Source: Squalus acanthias (taxonomy: Eukaryota). From it: a stretch of 64,000 nt of DNA. Below, piece after piece: positions 1-12,749 of the stretch. Location: positions 171,680,001 through 171,744,000 of the forward strand of contig CM059425.1 of NCBI GenBank assembly GCA_030390025.1, given 5' to 3'. The notes under the pieces were generated by a model that did no database searches, had not been told where the DNA came from, and was given only the letters and a program-made list of their open reading frames with translations. Every line of letters starts with the position of its first letter. The stretch's first letter is position 1. Position numbers and translations under genes: made by a program.

Positions 1-528
1 TTGTAGACAATTCTGAGCACCACACTTCAGGAAAGATGTAAAGGCCTCAGAAAGGGTACAGAGGAGGTTTGCCAGAATGTTACCAGGTGTGAGGGACTTC
101 AGTTATGAGGAGAGGTTGGAAAAGTTAGAACTGCTTTCCTTGGAACAGAGAAGATTCAGAAGTGACCTAATAGAGGTTTTCAAGATGATGAGAGGTTTTG
201 CTGGAGTAGATAGAGAAAAACTATTCCCACTGGCAAATCATTGGCAAAAGATCGAGACGGGAGTTGAGGAGAAAATTTTTCACTCAGAGTGTTGTCGGGA
301 TCTGGAACGCTCTACCTGAAAAGGTGGTGGAAGCTAATTCCATAAATAATTTTAAAAGGGAGTTGGACAGGTCCTTGAGGATGACAAGGAGGTACTTGAG
401 GAGCTCACAAGGTTACAGACAAAAAGTGGGAGGGTGGGACTAAGCACGACTGCTCTTTCAAAGAGCCAGCACAGGCGCGACAGGCTGAATGGCCTCCTTC
501 TGTGCTCTAAGTTTCTATGATTCTATGA
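1..528 (+). mobile_element. CR1 LINE 3' fragment (degenerate ORF2 C-terminus, 3' UTR and tail)
   Basis: ORF 77-319 has the CR1 C-terminal signature (SYEERLEKLELLSLEQRRFRSDLIEVFK). Tail GGCTGAATGGCCTCCTTCTGTGC followed by (TTCTATGA)2. Confidence 0.9.
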
Positions 529-675
529 TAACCATAATAGGTAACAACAGAAAGGAAAATATTCAGATGGTGATCATAGCAAAGACCAATTTTTCACACA
601 GGAATGCTACTTCTGATGAACGGATACACCTGAAATTTTAACTTCTTTGTTCTCTCCACATGTGCTGGATGACCT

Positions 676-1312
676 GGGAATACAACCCTAGTTTGTGTAA
701 TCTCTCCTCATGATTTAACCCTTGGAGTCCAGGTATCATTCTGATAAATCTACGCTGCACTCCATCCAAGGCAAATATATCCTTCCTAAGGTGTGGTGCC
801 CAGAACTGTTCACAGTACTCCAAATGTGGTCTAAACAGGGCTTTGTATAGGCGTAGCATAATTTGAATTCTAGTCCTCTGGATATAAGGTCCAGCATTCC
901 ATTAGCCTTTTTGATTATTTTCTGTACCTGTCCATGACATTTTAATGATCTAAGTACATTGACCCCGAAGTCTCTTTGGACCTCCACTGCTTCTAGCTTT
1001 TCACTATTTAGAAAGTACTCTGATGTATCCCTTTTTAGGTCCAAAGTGGATGACCTCACATTTGCCTACACTGAAATCCATTTGCCACAGTTTTGCCCAT
1101 TCGCTTAATCTATTAACATCTCTTTGTAATTTTATGCTTCAATCTACACTGCTTACAATGCCGCCCATCTTTGTGTCATTGACAAACTTGGATATGTGGC
1201 TTTCTATCCCATCATCTAAGTCGTTAATAAATACGGTGAATAGTTGAGGCCCCTTGCGGGACACCACCAGTCACATCCTGCCAATTAGAGTACCTGCCCA
1301 CGATCCCTACTC
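676..1312 (-). mobile_element. CR1 LINE ORF2 fragment
   Basis: Minus-strand frames give LYKALFRPHLEYCEQFWAPHLRKD and VQRDFGV..KKANGML, with frameshifts. Confidence 0.9.
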
Positions 1313-1559
1313 TCTGTACCAGCCGATGACACAACTGCTTTCATTTACATTTACAATGCACTCCAAATGTACAAAAACACTTCTCAAACATTTAGGGGAA
1401 AAAAGGGGTGTTCTTCAGCTGAATTTATCAAATGAACACGAAGACTAATGTTCAAAAGAGAATTAAAATTCCTAAAATACAAGGGCAGATGTGACAGTTC
1501 CCCAGTCTTCTCCCTGGGAACGTCTGACAGTGGAGGGGTGAGTGCCAAGCAATCTTAAA

Positions 1560-1770
1560 TCAAAACAAAAATACAGGAAACGTACAGCAGGGCAATCATC
1601 ATCAGAAAGACAAATTAATGATGCTGCTGTGACCTCTCATTAGAATTGCTGAGGATCACAGCTAAGATATCAACTTATCAACATTCTCCCATATGCTGAT
1701 TGACCTACTGTGCACTTCAAGCAATTACAGTTTATATTTCAGATTTCCAGCATTCATGTTTTTTTTCTTT
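1560..1770. mobile_element. Highly decayed Penelope pseudo-LTR remnant
   Basis: 1690-1765 resembles the Penelope 3' tail at 2600-2680 (ATGCTG..TGACCT..TATTTCAGATTTCCAGCAT). The upstream part resembles the inverted copy. Confidence 0.35.
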
Positions 1771-2185
1771 ATCACTGCTAAGTGATCTTGATGTTTTACT
1801 TCCTTTCACACTTTTTTGCCTGTACTCCATTTGACATACGGTTAACTTATCTGCCTAACTAGAACCCTCTTGGTGTCAGATCCCAATCAGTAAGCTGTAA
1901 AACGCTTCAGTACTTCTCTCCTGGGCTCCTGACCAGAATAACACAGCCAGAGGCATTTTTACAAAAAAAAATTTAAGTATTTCCCCTTTTGAGTAAAGAT
2001 CCTACCCAATGCTGCACATAGAGAATTCTCAACATGCACTTTTTCAGCAGGGAACCTGTGACTAACTAAACCGAATGGTTTGATGAAAGGAAAAGCCAGT
2101 GCTTCCTTAAAAAATACATGGATTTTCAAAAGTTGCAATGCAATGTTTACCTAACTGTACTGTCAAAAGGATGTGCCTATTTTTC

Positions 2186-2682
2186 CTATGAAGCTCAACA
2201 GAAGCTTGAGGAGCAGCACCCCATCTTTCGATTAGGCACTTTACAGCCTTCCGGACTCAACATCGAGTTCAACAATTTCAGACCATAACCACGGCTCCCA
2301 TTTTTTCGAACAGCAGCTGTTGGTCATGATTCTGCTATTCCTATTTACAGCTCCTCTGGACCCATCTTTTATTTCTTTACTTGTCGCGTTACCACGCACT
2401 TTTGCCTTGCACCATTATCCCTTTGTCTTTAAATCTCTCCTGCCTTCCATCCCATCACAGACCTTCCCTTTGTTCTTTCCTAAATTCCCCCCTTTCTCTG
2501 CCCCTGCACTTGCTTAAAATCTGTTGCATCTGTAACCTTTTCTAGTTCTGATGAAAAGTCATCGACCTGAAACGTTAACTCTATTTCTCTCTCTCCACAG
2601 ATGCTGTCTGGCCTGCTGAGTATTCCTGGTATTTTCTGTTTTTATTTCAGATATCCAGCATCCGCAGTATATTGCTTTTGCC
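2186..2682 (+). mobile_element. Penelope-like element 3' end (GIY-YIG C-terminus and pseudo-LTR)
   Basis: Translates EAQQKLEEQHPIFRLGTLQPSGLNIEFNNFR. Closely similar to 32645-33095. Confidence 0.85.
2544..2580 (+). ncRNA. Minimal type I hammerhead ribozyme motif (Penelope pseudo-LTR)
   Basis: AGTT-CTGATGA-A-AAGTC atc GACCT-GAAA-CGTT-AACT. Catalytic core, stem I AGTT/AACT, stem II with one mismatch, palindromic AACGTT stem III. Confidence 0.7.
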
Positions 2683-5600
2683 TTTTTTCCCTAAGCACTT
2701 AATATCTTCTTTGTTTGAAAGAAAATGTTCTTTCAGAATTCCAACTTCTCAAAAAATGGCGATATTTAACCAAAAACAAAAGAACTCTGGGTCAGTGACA
2801 GTTATGCTGGCCCCATGATTCATACCCCGAAAGCACAGTCTGTAATAGATTTACAACTATTGTCATCATTGGACCATGGCGCAGGTAAAGTGATTGCGAA
2901 AGTGCAGACAAGAGATGGAAAAATAGCCCGCAGTACAAGTGGTGTAAAACTGCTTTTGTTTTAAGATTTCAAAGCAGATAACAAAGTTAAGACTCTTTCT
3001 AAAACAGTTCATTAATATGGGTTCACTGCCAAAATTCTCCCCCCCCCCCCCGGAGAGCTTTCAATTTCAGCTGCACGGTCAGGAAAAATCACCAAGCTGA
3101 GGGCTTAGCTACACGGAGAAGGTTAAAACAGAATAACAAATCATTGCAGACTGCCTGCATGAACCTCAAATAGCCTGGCTTTGAAGTGGCATTGGGAGCA
3201 GGTTGTACATGTGACCTTTGAGACGTAGTGATCGAAGATCACAGAAATAACTATTCACACTGCCCAGTGTCAGCTACATTTTATTTTCATTATAAGGCTC
3301 TGTGGTGCAATCCAGTACGAGAGGTCAGGCAGGTAACATGCTCCTAGGCATCCATTCACCAGTTTTCTCTCTCCCGTCACAAGGCCCCCAATTCAGTCAC
3401 TCTGCTGATACCAAAAAACTAAGATGGCACAGGTAAAATCAAGAAACTGGCCATGTGGAAAATTATATTCAGCCACGGCACAGCACAGTACCGATGCACT
3501 GTGCCAATCCACGGCATCCATTTTCATTTCCAAATGTGAATCTGTTTTTAAGGCCACCATGTAAGAAGCCGAAACCCAACATGCAAATCGGCAAACGTTA
3601 AACAATATGGGTCTGGAGCATTGTGAAGTCAGTTTAAGGCTCCAATCTGTATGAACTGGCTACAAAACAGAGGGAGTGGGGGACTTTAACTCGCAGCAGG
3701 TTTCCAGCAGGAAACTGCGCTGGCAAGGTAATTTTATGCCTGTCCGTGGCAGACTGAGGCCATGGTGATTTTAACACGAGGCCGGCTGGGAAGTGGTTGC
3801 CTGCCTGAAGAAAATCAGGCGGTGTTTGGCCACACACTGGCTATCAGGTAAGGTGCAGCCGGGGGTTAAGGGGCATCTCGAGGGAGGGAGTGAGGGAGCA
3901 TGGGGGTTCTAGGAGGCTTAAACTTCCTTGTGGGGCTTGAAGGAGTCTATAATAAGGGATGAAATTATTTGGAGTCAGCACATATTTTTAAAAGTGATGC
4001 CTCATCAACCTTATACAATTCTTTCAAGAAAAAAAGAGAATTGTGACAAAAATGAGGTATAGAAATTGGTGGTTCATGCAGACAAGAACACCTGCACAGA
4101 CTTGATGAGCCAGATGGCCTGGTTCTGTGCTGTAACATTTTATGATTTGGTACAGAAGATCAGTCAAAAAGTTTGCAAAGATTGGTCACAGTCATTCATT
4201 CTTCCTGCACCAACTATAGGGAACATCTTGGATGATCCTAGTATGAACACCATCACTGGCAAGGGAGATAAAAAGGGTCAAAATAAGAAGAAACTGTCCC
4301 ACAATATATCTATCTATTCGATTATGAAAGAAGTTAAGTTCACAGCCTCCTCTGGCCACCTGATTGACCTTTTGGTCTGTGCTGCTTTCGAGTAATTTGA
4401 TTGGCAAGTGGGAATAATTCAAACAGTGCCTCCATTAATCTTTTAATGATTTGACTGGTCCAAGGAACCAAGAAACTGCTGATGTTACCTGTCATGCGAT
4501 CATCACAGATCAATCCCTGTTCTATTACCTGCCTCCCTGCATCTCGTGATGATTCTGGCCAATCTCCTAGCCTAACTCATCAGACCTGCACCAACCAAGC
4601 TTCCTGCTTTCCCACATTAAGTGCAAGACCTCCCATTTTCCCATGTCTCTCGGTCAGGTCTGCCACTCTTCCTTCGACTCAATTAAGCAACTGACAGTAA
4701 AGCAAAGACCATTCTTCCTGCACAACCCAAGGGTGGCAAGCTACCCTGCTACCTGCAAGTCCCAATCCAGTCCTTTCTTTATGTCTCCACTGTAAGGAAT
4801 CAGCAACCTCAGACCAGCTTTTGGGTCAGGCCTCCTCCTCCCTCTGTCACTGCCCCAGCTCCAGCTCATGGTCTACCTGTTCCTTCCTCCCTCCTAGTCC
4901 CAGTCTCAGCATCCTGCTTACTCCCAGGTCTTTGTGCAGATGTAAAGGTACTGCAGTGACAGCAAGACAAACACTCTTCATCACTATGTTTACAGAATAC
5001 CACAACATACATAAATCCATTTGAAATGACACCATTCACAGACAATGGGTTGTAAAGTAATATTGGCCACCAGGGCCCATGAGCAATGCCACAGGAAATC
5101 CAGTCGTAAATCATAAAAATAACAGATATATGGGAGTGATTACAAGGCTACAATCTCACCTCGAAGATCAAGTGATGAGTATCGACTGCTGGAAGTTAGT
5201 GATGTGAATCTCGAAACAAGATTACTCTCTAATAACTGTCCCTCGATGCCAAGTGTTCTGTTTATTCTAAATTCTTCTTGTGGCAGTTATGAGCTCATTT
5301 AATCAACATGTGCTCAATCTGTGCCTAGTTACTAATTGTAAAGCCTGACAAAATAATTTAATGATAGTGTCTTGTGATCATTTTTGAATTGTGAATTGCA
5401 TAAAATCCTATTCAATTACAGCTCAGTTTGCATCAACTGTTAGAATGTTGGGCCTTTCACAGAAATGTTTCCCCAACAGTTCCTGTAAAAAGATATGTCT
5501 CCCTAAAATTCAGAAGCTGCAATTCTTGTACAGTGGATCAACTGCCTTTCGGAAGAGCCTCTTCAGATGAAAAAATGTCACTGGTTCTTGTTGAATAATG

Positions 5601-7049
5601 TTCTGGCTCTGAACAGCAGATTCTGCCCGTTTTCATCCTCAAGTATTCGGATCACAAAATAACATAAACCACATAAAAACAACACAAAGTACTTGGACCA
5701 AAAACGACAACTCAGAAGAACGGCTGAACTAAAACAAACTCCCCTTTTTAACTTATTAATCCTAACGAAGCACGGACTTAAGCAGGTGCACACAACTGCT
5801 ATTTTGACATATTCTTTTTATGAATAGGGAGTGTGGTTAAATTGGTCAATCGCATATTCTGAGACTGTGAGAAAAAAGTAGGCTGAAAGAGGTGTGAGTG
5901 TGTCTGGCTCAGTAATCGCATGTTTAAGTGTCAGTGAGTTAGTGAAACTATTCATAAAAATTAAGAATATTAATTGGAAACAATTAAATAATTATAACTG
6001 CTTTTTTCAAATACTAAAATGTACTGCTGTAAAGCTAGCGGGCAATTAAAGCAAAGAGCAGCAACTCAACAACAGATACAGCACAACGGTACTTATTGTC
6101 TGAAATAAATATTTACACAGGTGGCTCATGAAAACACAATTCAAAACCAAATTTCACTCACCAAGATTGGCCAGCACTCACTGCCACTAGATCAGATCAT
6201 TCACAACAGCCGTTTTCATTATATCTCAAGAGGGTCAGAAGAGCAATTCTCATTCCATCAGAGAAACAGTGACAACTTTAACTAACTGTTTCTCTTATTT
6301 GTCTCAAGACCCCAGAATTTCTTTGTAATTCTATACTGAAGTCACTCTCTACATTACAACTTTTAATGTTTGCCCTGGCAATTTGGCTTTTTTTCACCTC
6401 GATCTACTGCTGCCCATACAGTGTTTGACTGTAACATACCAAAGAAAGTTAGAAACACTATTCTGTTTCTCAGCCTCATCAGCAGTCACCTTTACACCAC
6501 GAACCTCTTTAATGCATAGGAATTTTGCCCCATGCTCTGTGCCAGTTTGTAACTGCGATCCCACCTGTGTTTTGCTGTGATTCTCTCCTACGACAAATGT
6601 CTTTTATACATTAGTGCAGCTGTTTTATTTCCCAGAGTTTTCAAAGCGTTTTGTTTTAATAAGTCTAATCCATTTAGATGGTGCTGGGAATATTATAAGG
6701 GCTAAAGGACACTGGTTTGGGAAATTCCAATTAATATCAAGCTTGAAAATTAATCAAATGAAATAAAATTAAAAATAGACTCAGAAAACATATACTTCAA
6801 TTGACCCAAAGCTATGTTATTTCACAATTTGCACCTGACCATCTCTAACTCTTTGAATTATGTTTTAATATTAAAGCCAGCTTCCAGGACCAGTATGGAT
6901 GCTGATCCCCACTCTGGAGATTGGCAGCCAGCAGAGGCTGGACCCACCAAAAACCTATGATGTATAATGAGGAGACTGGGCAGGTGACTCTTACAAGCCT
7001 GCGTTTTGACCTGCACAAACAGAAGCACTTTTAATAGGCAAAATTGAAA

Positions 7050-7172
7050 AGGAAACTTTTGCAGGGCTACAGGGAAAGAGCAGGGCAAGGGGACTAATTG
7101 GATCGTGCTTTCAAAGAGCCAGCACAGACACGATGGGCCGAATTGCCTCCTTCTGTGCTGTATGATTCTGTG
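7050..7172 (+). mobile_element. CR1 3' tail fragment
   Basis: AAAGAGCCAGCACAGACACGATGGGCCGAATTGCCTCCTTCTGTGCTGTATGATTCTGTGA, as in the other CR1 tails in the window. Confidence 0.75.
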
Positions 7173-7254
7173 ACAATAGTCTTTTGAAGAAAGGCACTTT
7201 ATATTGAACGTGCTTTCCTCTCTCACGTATTTGGCTCTGCCCATTAAAAATACA

Positions 7255-7890
7255 ACAAACTTTGATTTCCTTCCATTTATATAGCTCCTTTAACGTAGAA
7301 AAATATCACAAGAAGCTTCAGAGGCATGAAGGGAAAAATGGATGTTGAGCCAAAGAAGGAGATATTATGAAGAGAGACCACAAACTTGTTCTAAAAGGAG
7401 GGTCTTGGAGGTGGAGAGGCAAAGGACTGTAGGGAGGGAATTCCAGAGCATCGGGCCTAGGCAGCTGAAAGCATGGCTGCCAATGGGTGGCAAAGAGAGG
7501 GAATACACAACAAGCCAGAGTAAGAGGATCGGTGAGTCTGGAGGATGAAGATGCAGGACCAGCGGAGGTCACAAAAATAAGGAGGGGCAAAGCCATGGAC
7601 TATTCAAATACAAGGTTGAGAATTTAAAATTTGAGGTTTTGGGGGACCGGGATCCTGTGTAAATTAGTGAAGACAGGGGTAGTGGGTGAGACAAATTTGG
7701 TACAGGATAAAGTAAGGGCAGCAGAGTTTTGGATAAGCTGAAGTTTATGCAAGTTGGAAGATGGGAAGCTGATCAGGACATCATCAGGAGACTAATCAAG
7801 TCTAGCGGTGTCAAAAGCATGGATGAGCATTCCAGTGGCAGATGGGCTGAGGTAGGGGCAGAGGTGGGCAATGTTATGGAGGTTTAAGTA
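7255..7890 (-). mobile_element. L2 LINE 3' fragment
   Basis: Minus strand reads LCPYLSPSATGMLIHAFDTARLD, then the L2 3' region. Homologous to 45680-46365 and 50252-51055. Confidence 0.8.
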
Positions 7891-9617
7891 AACTGACACA
7901 CTGGCCAGGGCCCCAAAATGCTGCCCATGTGAAACACTGACTATTGCCATATATGTTTTTCCCTCTAGCTCCCTTCCCCATCCCCAGACTTTTAGCTTTA
8001 CATTATCAAGGTTATTAAATTTACTACCGATTCTGCCTGCAGTGATTATAGCTTGTAGCACTTTCAAGAGAATTGCATCAATATTGATTAAACTCTCCAT
8101 CAGCAGATACAAAGCTAATGTACTTTCTTCTCTGTGAACCATAAGTTGCTTCGACTGCGTCCTAATAATTAAAATTTTATTATATAATCTACCTGTTGCA
8201 GCTACATCTGTCCATGACAGCATTGGTAGGAGTGACCACTGCACAGTCCTCGTGGAGACCAAGTCCCATCTTCACCTGAGGACAGCCTCCATCATCCTGT
8301 GTGCCGCCACCACCACCATGCTAAGTACGATAGATTAAGAACAGATCTAGCAGCTCAAAACTGGGCATCCATGAGGCACTATGGGCCATCAGCAGCAGTA
8401 GAATTTTATTCCACCACAATCTGCAACCTCATGACCCGGCATATCTGTCACACTTCTATCACCATCAAGCCAGATGACGAACCTTGATTCAATGAGAAGA
8501 GCAGAAGAGCATGCCAGGAGCAGCACCAGGCGTACCTGCAAATGAGGTGGTAACCTGGTGAAGCTACAATACAGGGCTACATGCATGCTAAACAGTGAAA
8601 GCAGCATGCTAAACAGAGCTAAGCTATCCGATAAGCAATGGATCGGGCAACCCTGTCAAATCCAGTCATTAATATTGGTGGACAATTAAGCAACTAACAG
8701 GAGGAGGTGGCTCCAGGAACAGTCCCATCCTCAACGACGGAAGAGTTCAGAATGAGTGCAAAACACAAGGCTGAAGCGTTTGCAACAAGTCCCCACCATT
8801 ACAAATGCCAGTCTTCAGCCAATTCGATTCACTCCACGTGCTATTAAGAAACGGCTGAGTGCACTGGACACAGCAAAGGCAACAGGCTCTGAGAACATCC
8901 AGACTGTAGTGCTCCAGACCTAGCCACGCCTCTAGCCAAGCTGTTCCAGTGCGGCTACAATACTGGCATCTACCCGACAATGTGGAAAATTACCCAGGTA
9001 TGTCCTGTCTACAAAAAGCAGGTCAAATCCAAACCAGCAAATTACCGCCCCATCAGCCTACTCCCAATCATCAGCAAAGTGATGATAGCACTGTTGACGA
9101 CGCCTTCCAAGAGGCACTTACTCACCAATAACCTGCTCAGCGATGGTAAATTTGGGTTCCGCCAGGACCACTCGGCTCCACACTTCATTACAACTGAATT
9201 CCAGAGGTGAGGCGAGAGTGACTGCCCTTAGCATCAAGGCAGCATTCGACTGAGTGTGGCACCAAGGAACCTTAGTAATGCTGAAGTCAATAGGGATCAG
9301 GGGGAAAGGTCCTCGGTGGCTGGAGTCATACCTGGCACAAAGGAAGATGGCTGTGGTTGTCGGATGCCAATCATCTCGGCTCCAGGACATCAGTGCAGGA
9401 GTTCCTCAGGGCAGCGTCCTAGGACCAACTATCTTCAGCTGCTTCGTCAATGACCCTCCGTCCATCAAAGAGGTCAGAAGTGGAGCTGTTTACTGATGAT
9501 TGCAGTGTTCAGCTCAATTCGCAATTTCTAAGATAATGGATCATTCCATGCTCACTTGCAGAAAGAACTGGACAATATCCAGGCTTGAGCTGATAAGTGG
9601 CAAGTAACATTTGCACC

Positions 9618-10627
9618 TTCTTCTTAGGCAGTCCCTCGGAACCGAGGATGACTTGCTTCCACATTAAAAATGAGTACGCAGGTGACTGATGAGTCCAATG
9701 CGGGACCTACAGTCTGTCACAGGTGGGGCAGACGGTATGTGGGGTGCTTGGGTTGACATGCGCTCCTTGCGCTTGGCTTCCGCTTGCTCCCGGCGAAGAG
9801 ACTCGAGGTGTTCGCCGCCTTCCCGGATGCTTCTCCTCCACTTTGTGCGGTCTTGGGCCAGGGATTCCCAGGTGTCGGTGGGGATGTTACACTTTTTCAA
9901 GGAGGCTTTGAGGGTGTCCTTGAAGCGTTTCCTCTGCCCACCTGGGGCTCTCTTGCCGTGCCGGAGCTCCGAGTAGAGTGCTTGTTTTGGGAGTCTCGTA
10001 TCGGGCATGCGGACAATGTGACATGTCCATCGGAGCTGATCGAGCGTGGTCAAAGCTTCGATGCTGGGGATGTTGGCCTGAGCGAGAACACTGACGTTGG
10101 TGCGCCTATTCTGCCAATGGATTTGCAGGATCTTGCGGAGGCAGCGTTGGTGGTACCTCTCCGGTGCTTTGAGGTGCCTGCTGTACATGGTCCATGTCTC
10201 TGAGGCATACAGCAGGGCGGGTATCACTGCTGCTCTGTAGACCATGAGCTTAGTGCCGGGTTTGAGGCCCTGGTCTTCAAACACTCTCTTCCTCAGTCGA
10301 CCGAAGGCTGCACTGGTACACTGTAGGCGGTGTTGGACTTCGTCATCGACGTCTGCCCTTGTTGACAGTAGGATCCCGAGGTATGGAAAGTGGTCCACGT
10401 TGTCCAAGGCCTTGTCGTGGATTTTGATAATCGGGGGGCAGTACTGTGTGGCGGGGGCAGGTTGGTAGAGGACGTTTGTCTTACGGATGTTTAGTGTAAG
10501 GCCCATGCTCTCGTACGCTTTGGTGAAGGTGTTGACGATGGTTTGGAGTTCGACCTCCGAGTGAGCGCAGACGCAAGCGCCGTCTGCATACTGTAATTCG
10601 ACGACAGAGGATGGGACGACCTGTTCA
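9618..10627 (-). mobile_element. RTE-clade LINE, 5'-truncated and young, with 12-bp TSD
   Basis: TSD AACATTTGCACC at 9606-9617 and 10628-10639. The minus-strand 3' end has a CCTCGG/CCGAGG hairpin and an AAGAAGAA tail. Confidence 0.92.
9664..10620 (-). pseudogene. RTE reverse transcriptase C-terminal half (uninterrupted frame, YADD changed to YADG)
   Basis: LQYADG, GLTLNIRKT, FPYLG, LLYASETW, RLPKQALYSEL..GKRAPGGQRKRFKDTLK, terminal SRIGLISHLRTH. Confidence 0.9.
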
Positions 10628-11138
10628 AACATTTGCACCATACAACTGCCAAGTACTAACCATCTCCAACAAGTAAGAGCCTAACCACCTTACGTTGACG
10701 TTTAATGGCATTACCATCGCCAAGTCTCCAACCATCAACATCCTGGGGGTCACCTTTGAGCACAAAATCAACTTGACCAGTCACATAAATGTGGTGGCTA
10801 CTAGAGCAGGTCAGAGGCTGGGTATTCTGTGGTAAGTGGCTCACCTCCTGACTTCCAAAGCCTCTCTACAACCTACAAGACACAAGTCAGGAGTGTGATG
10901 AAATACTCTCCACTTGCCTGGATGGGTGCAGCTGCAACAACACTCAAGAAGCTCAACACCATCCAGGACTAATCAGTCCCCAAGTACTAGTTTAATCCAC
11001 TCCCTCCACCATCAGTGTACTGTGCCTAAGTGTGTACTATTTACAGGATGCACTGCAGCAAGTTGCAAAGGCTTCTTCGACAGACTCTGCCAAACCCGTG
11101 ACTTCCATCAACTAGAAGAACAAAGCAGCAGGTGCATG

Positions 11139-12749
11139 TGTAAGGGGTTTCAAATGGTGCTGGTGCGAGGTTAGGCCTTCGTTGCCTATACTATTGCTTG
11201 CTCTGGTCTCCGGCCAGCCTTTTTGCAATAAGCACCTGTGAGTGGTTCGACCCACTTGCCCTTACGGTTCTGACACCTGGACTTAGATGCAAGGAGCAGT
11301 AATGCAGAGAAAAACTCAAATAGACCCGGTTGAATAGCACGAAATGAAAATCTTTATTGCATGGCGTCTAAAATCATGAAATACATGTCATAGGCGCAAA
11401 TCAAAGAGAGTACAAGTATACACACATTCATAAAGCTTGGTCTATGGAAATGGAGAACACACGGCACATCGTAAAAAGGGGAACACATTATACCTTAACC
11501 TTATTAAAAACCACCCTCCCTTAACAATACCTAAACTACGTCTGGATTTGTAGGATCGGAAATCATGCTCACCACTCGTTTTACTTCGGAGATTTTAAAG
11601 TGAGGCACTCAGCTCGTTTCGCTGCAGCGCCTGACTGTCACGTGTTTGGAAGGGTTTCTGCACCCCACTTGTTTACTTTCGCTGCTGCGACAAGCAGGCC
11701 AGACTCCCTGTTGTCATGAAGCAGTCGATGGACTCAAACTGTCTTAAAATTCAAAGAAGGGTCTTCCTGTGCTGCGGCACATGTAGAAGTCGGTAGAACT
11801 CAAAGGAAAGTTCTTTTAGTTATATTTTCGGGCGCGGTCGGGGTTTACTGACCGTGGCGGCACGTGGAATTTCTTCTCGTCTTCTTCTCTTCTCGTCTTC
11901 TCGGGCCTCCGGGTCCAGACATCGTTTACCGACACTCGGGATGGTGTACCCTGTTACTTGCCCTTGTCAAGGCGGCTCGTTCCGATTGAGCTCCACCCAA
12001 CACTCGAATAACCGACCAGTACGGCTAAGAGTCAAGAGTCAACAGAGTCCAGAGAGAAAATCAAGAGGCTGCCCGTCCAGGAGAGCGATACCAGAGGATA
12101 AGAGACCGACGGACATTTGTTCTCTATAGTTATAGTGATGTGTCCGCTTTATCTCCCGCTCAAATCTTAATGTTTTTCCTTTGTGTAATATTGGCGCTCA
12201 AAACTCCCAGCATGGGGCGATTATCTTCTTAACGGGTTTCGGTAGCACCTGAAACTGGCCAACTATCCATTAATGTCTTCCCCATTGTTGAACCAGCCAG
12301 GATGTGTATGGATCGTCTCCTCGACTGGTTTTGGGGCCCCCCGAATACTTGCTTAATCACCCGCCAATGTCTCTCTCATTGTTGAGCCGGGGGGGTATTT
12401 GTGTATTGATGTGTCTGGATGGGCCTTCGATTGCCCAGTTCAATGATCCTTACTGTGCATAGGAAAACAATTCCAGCACTTATATCATTGCTATTGTTTA
12501 AAATGCAAACGGGTTGCATCCTGTCTTTATCAATGTTTACCGAGTATGATCCAATCTCATACTGAATGTATATTCGACGCCATCTTGTCTGCCCACTGTG
12601 TTTCTGGAAGCTTCTGCCACGATGCGCGGCGGCCATTTTACAGGCTTCTGTGTCCTTTATAATCAGGACAGCATTTCGTTTAATAAAACTGATCAATTGA
12701 ATCTGCTTCTCTCATGTTATTTTGAATCGCGATAATTGCGAACTCTACA
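11139..12749 (-). mobile_element. Solo LTR (1611 bp) of an LTR retrotransposon or ERV
   Basis: TGTA...TACA termini with 4-bp TSD CATG (11135-11138 and 12750-12753), exactly interrupting the LINE. Minus-strand TATAA near 12130 and AATAAA near 11353-11358. Confidence 0.85.

Noticed and set aside
2876..2890. ATGGCGCAG|GTAAAG as a micro first exon
   Set aside because: Too short to distinguish from chance, with no supporting promoter or downstream exon.
12376..12696. 106-aa ORF in the LTR U3 as a possible viral accessory gene
   Set aside because: Non-ATG start in the track and no recognisable motif. Length is compatible with chance.
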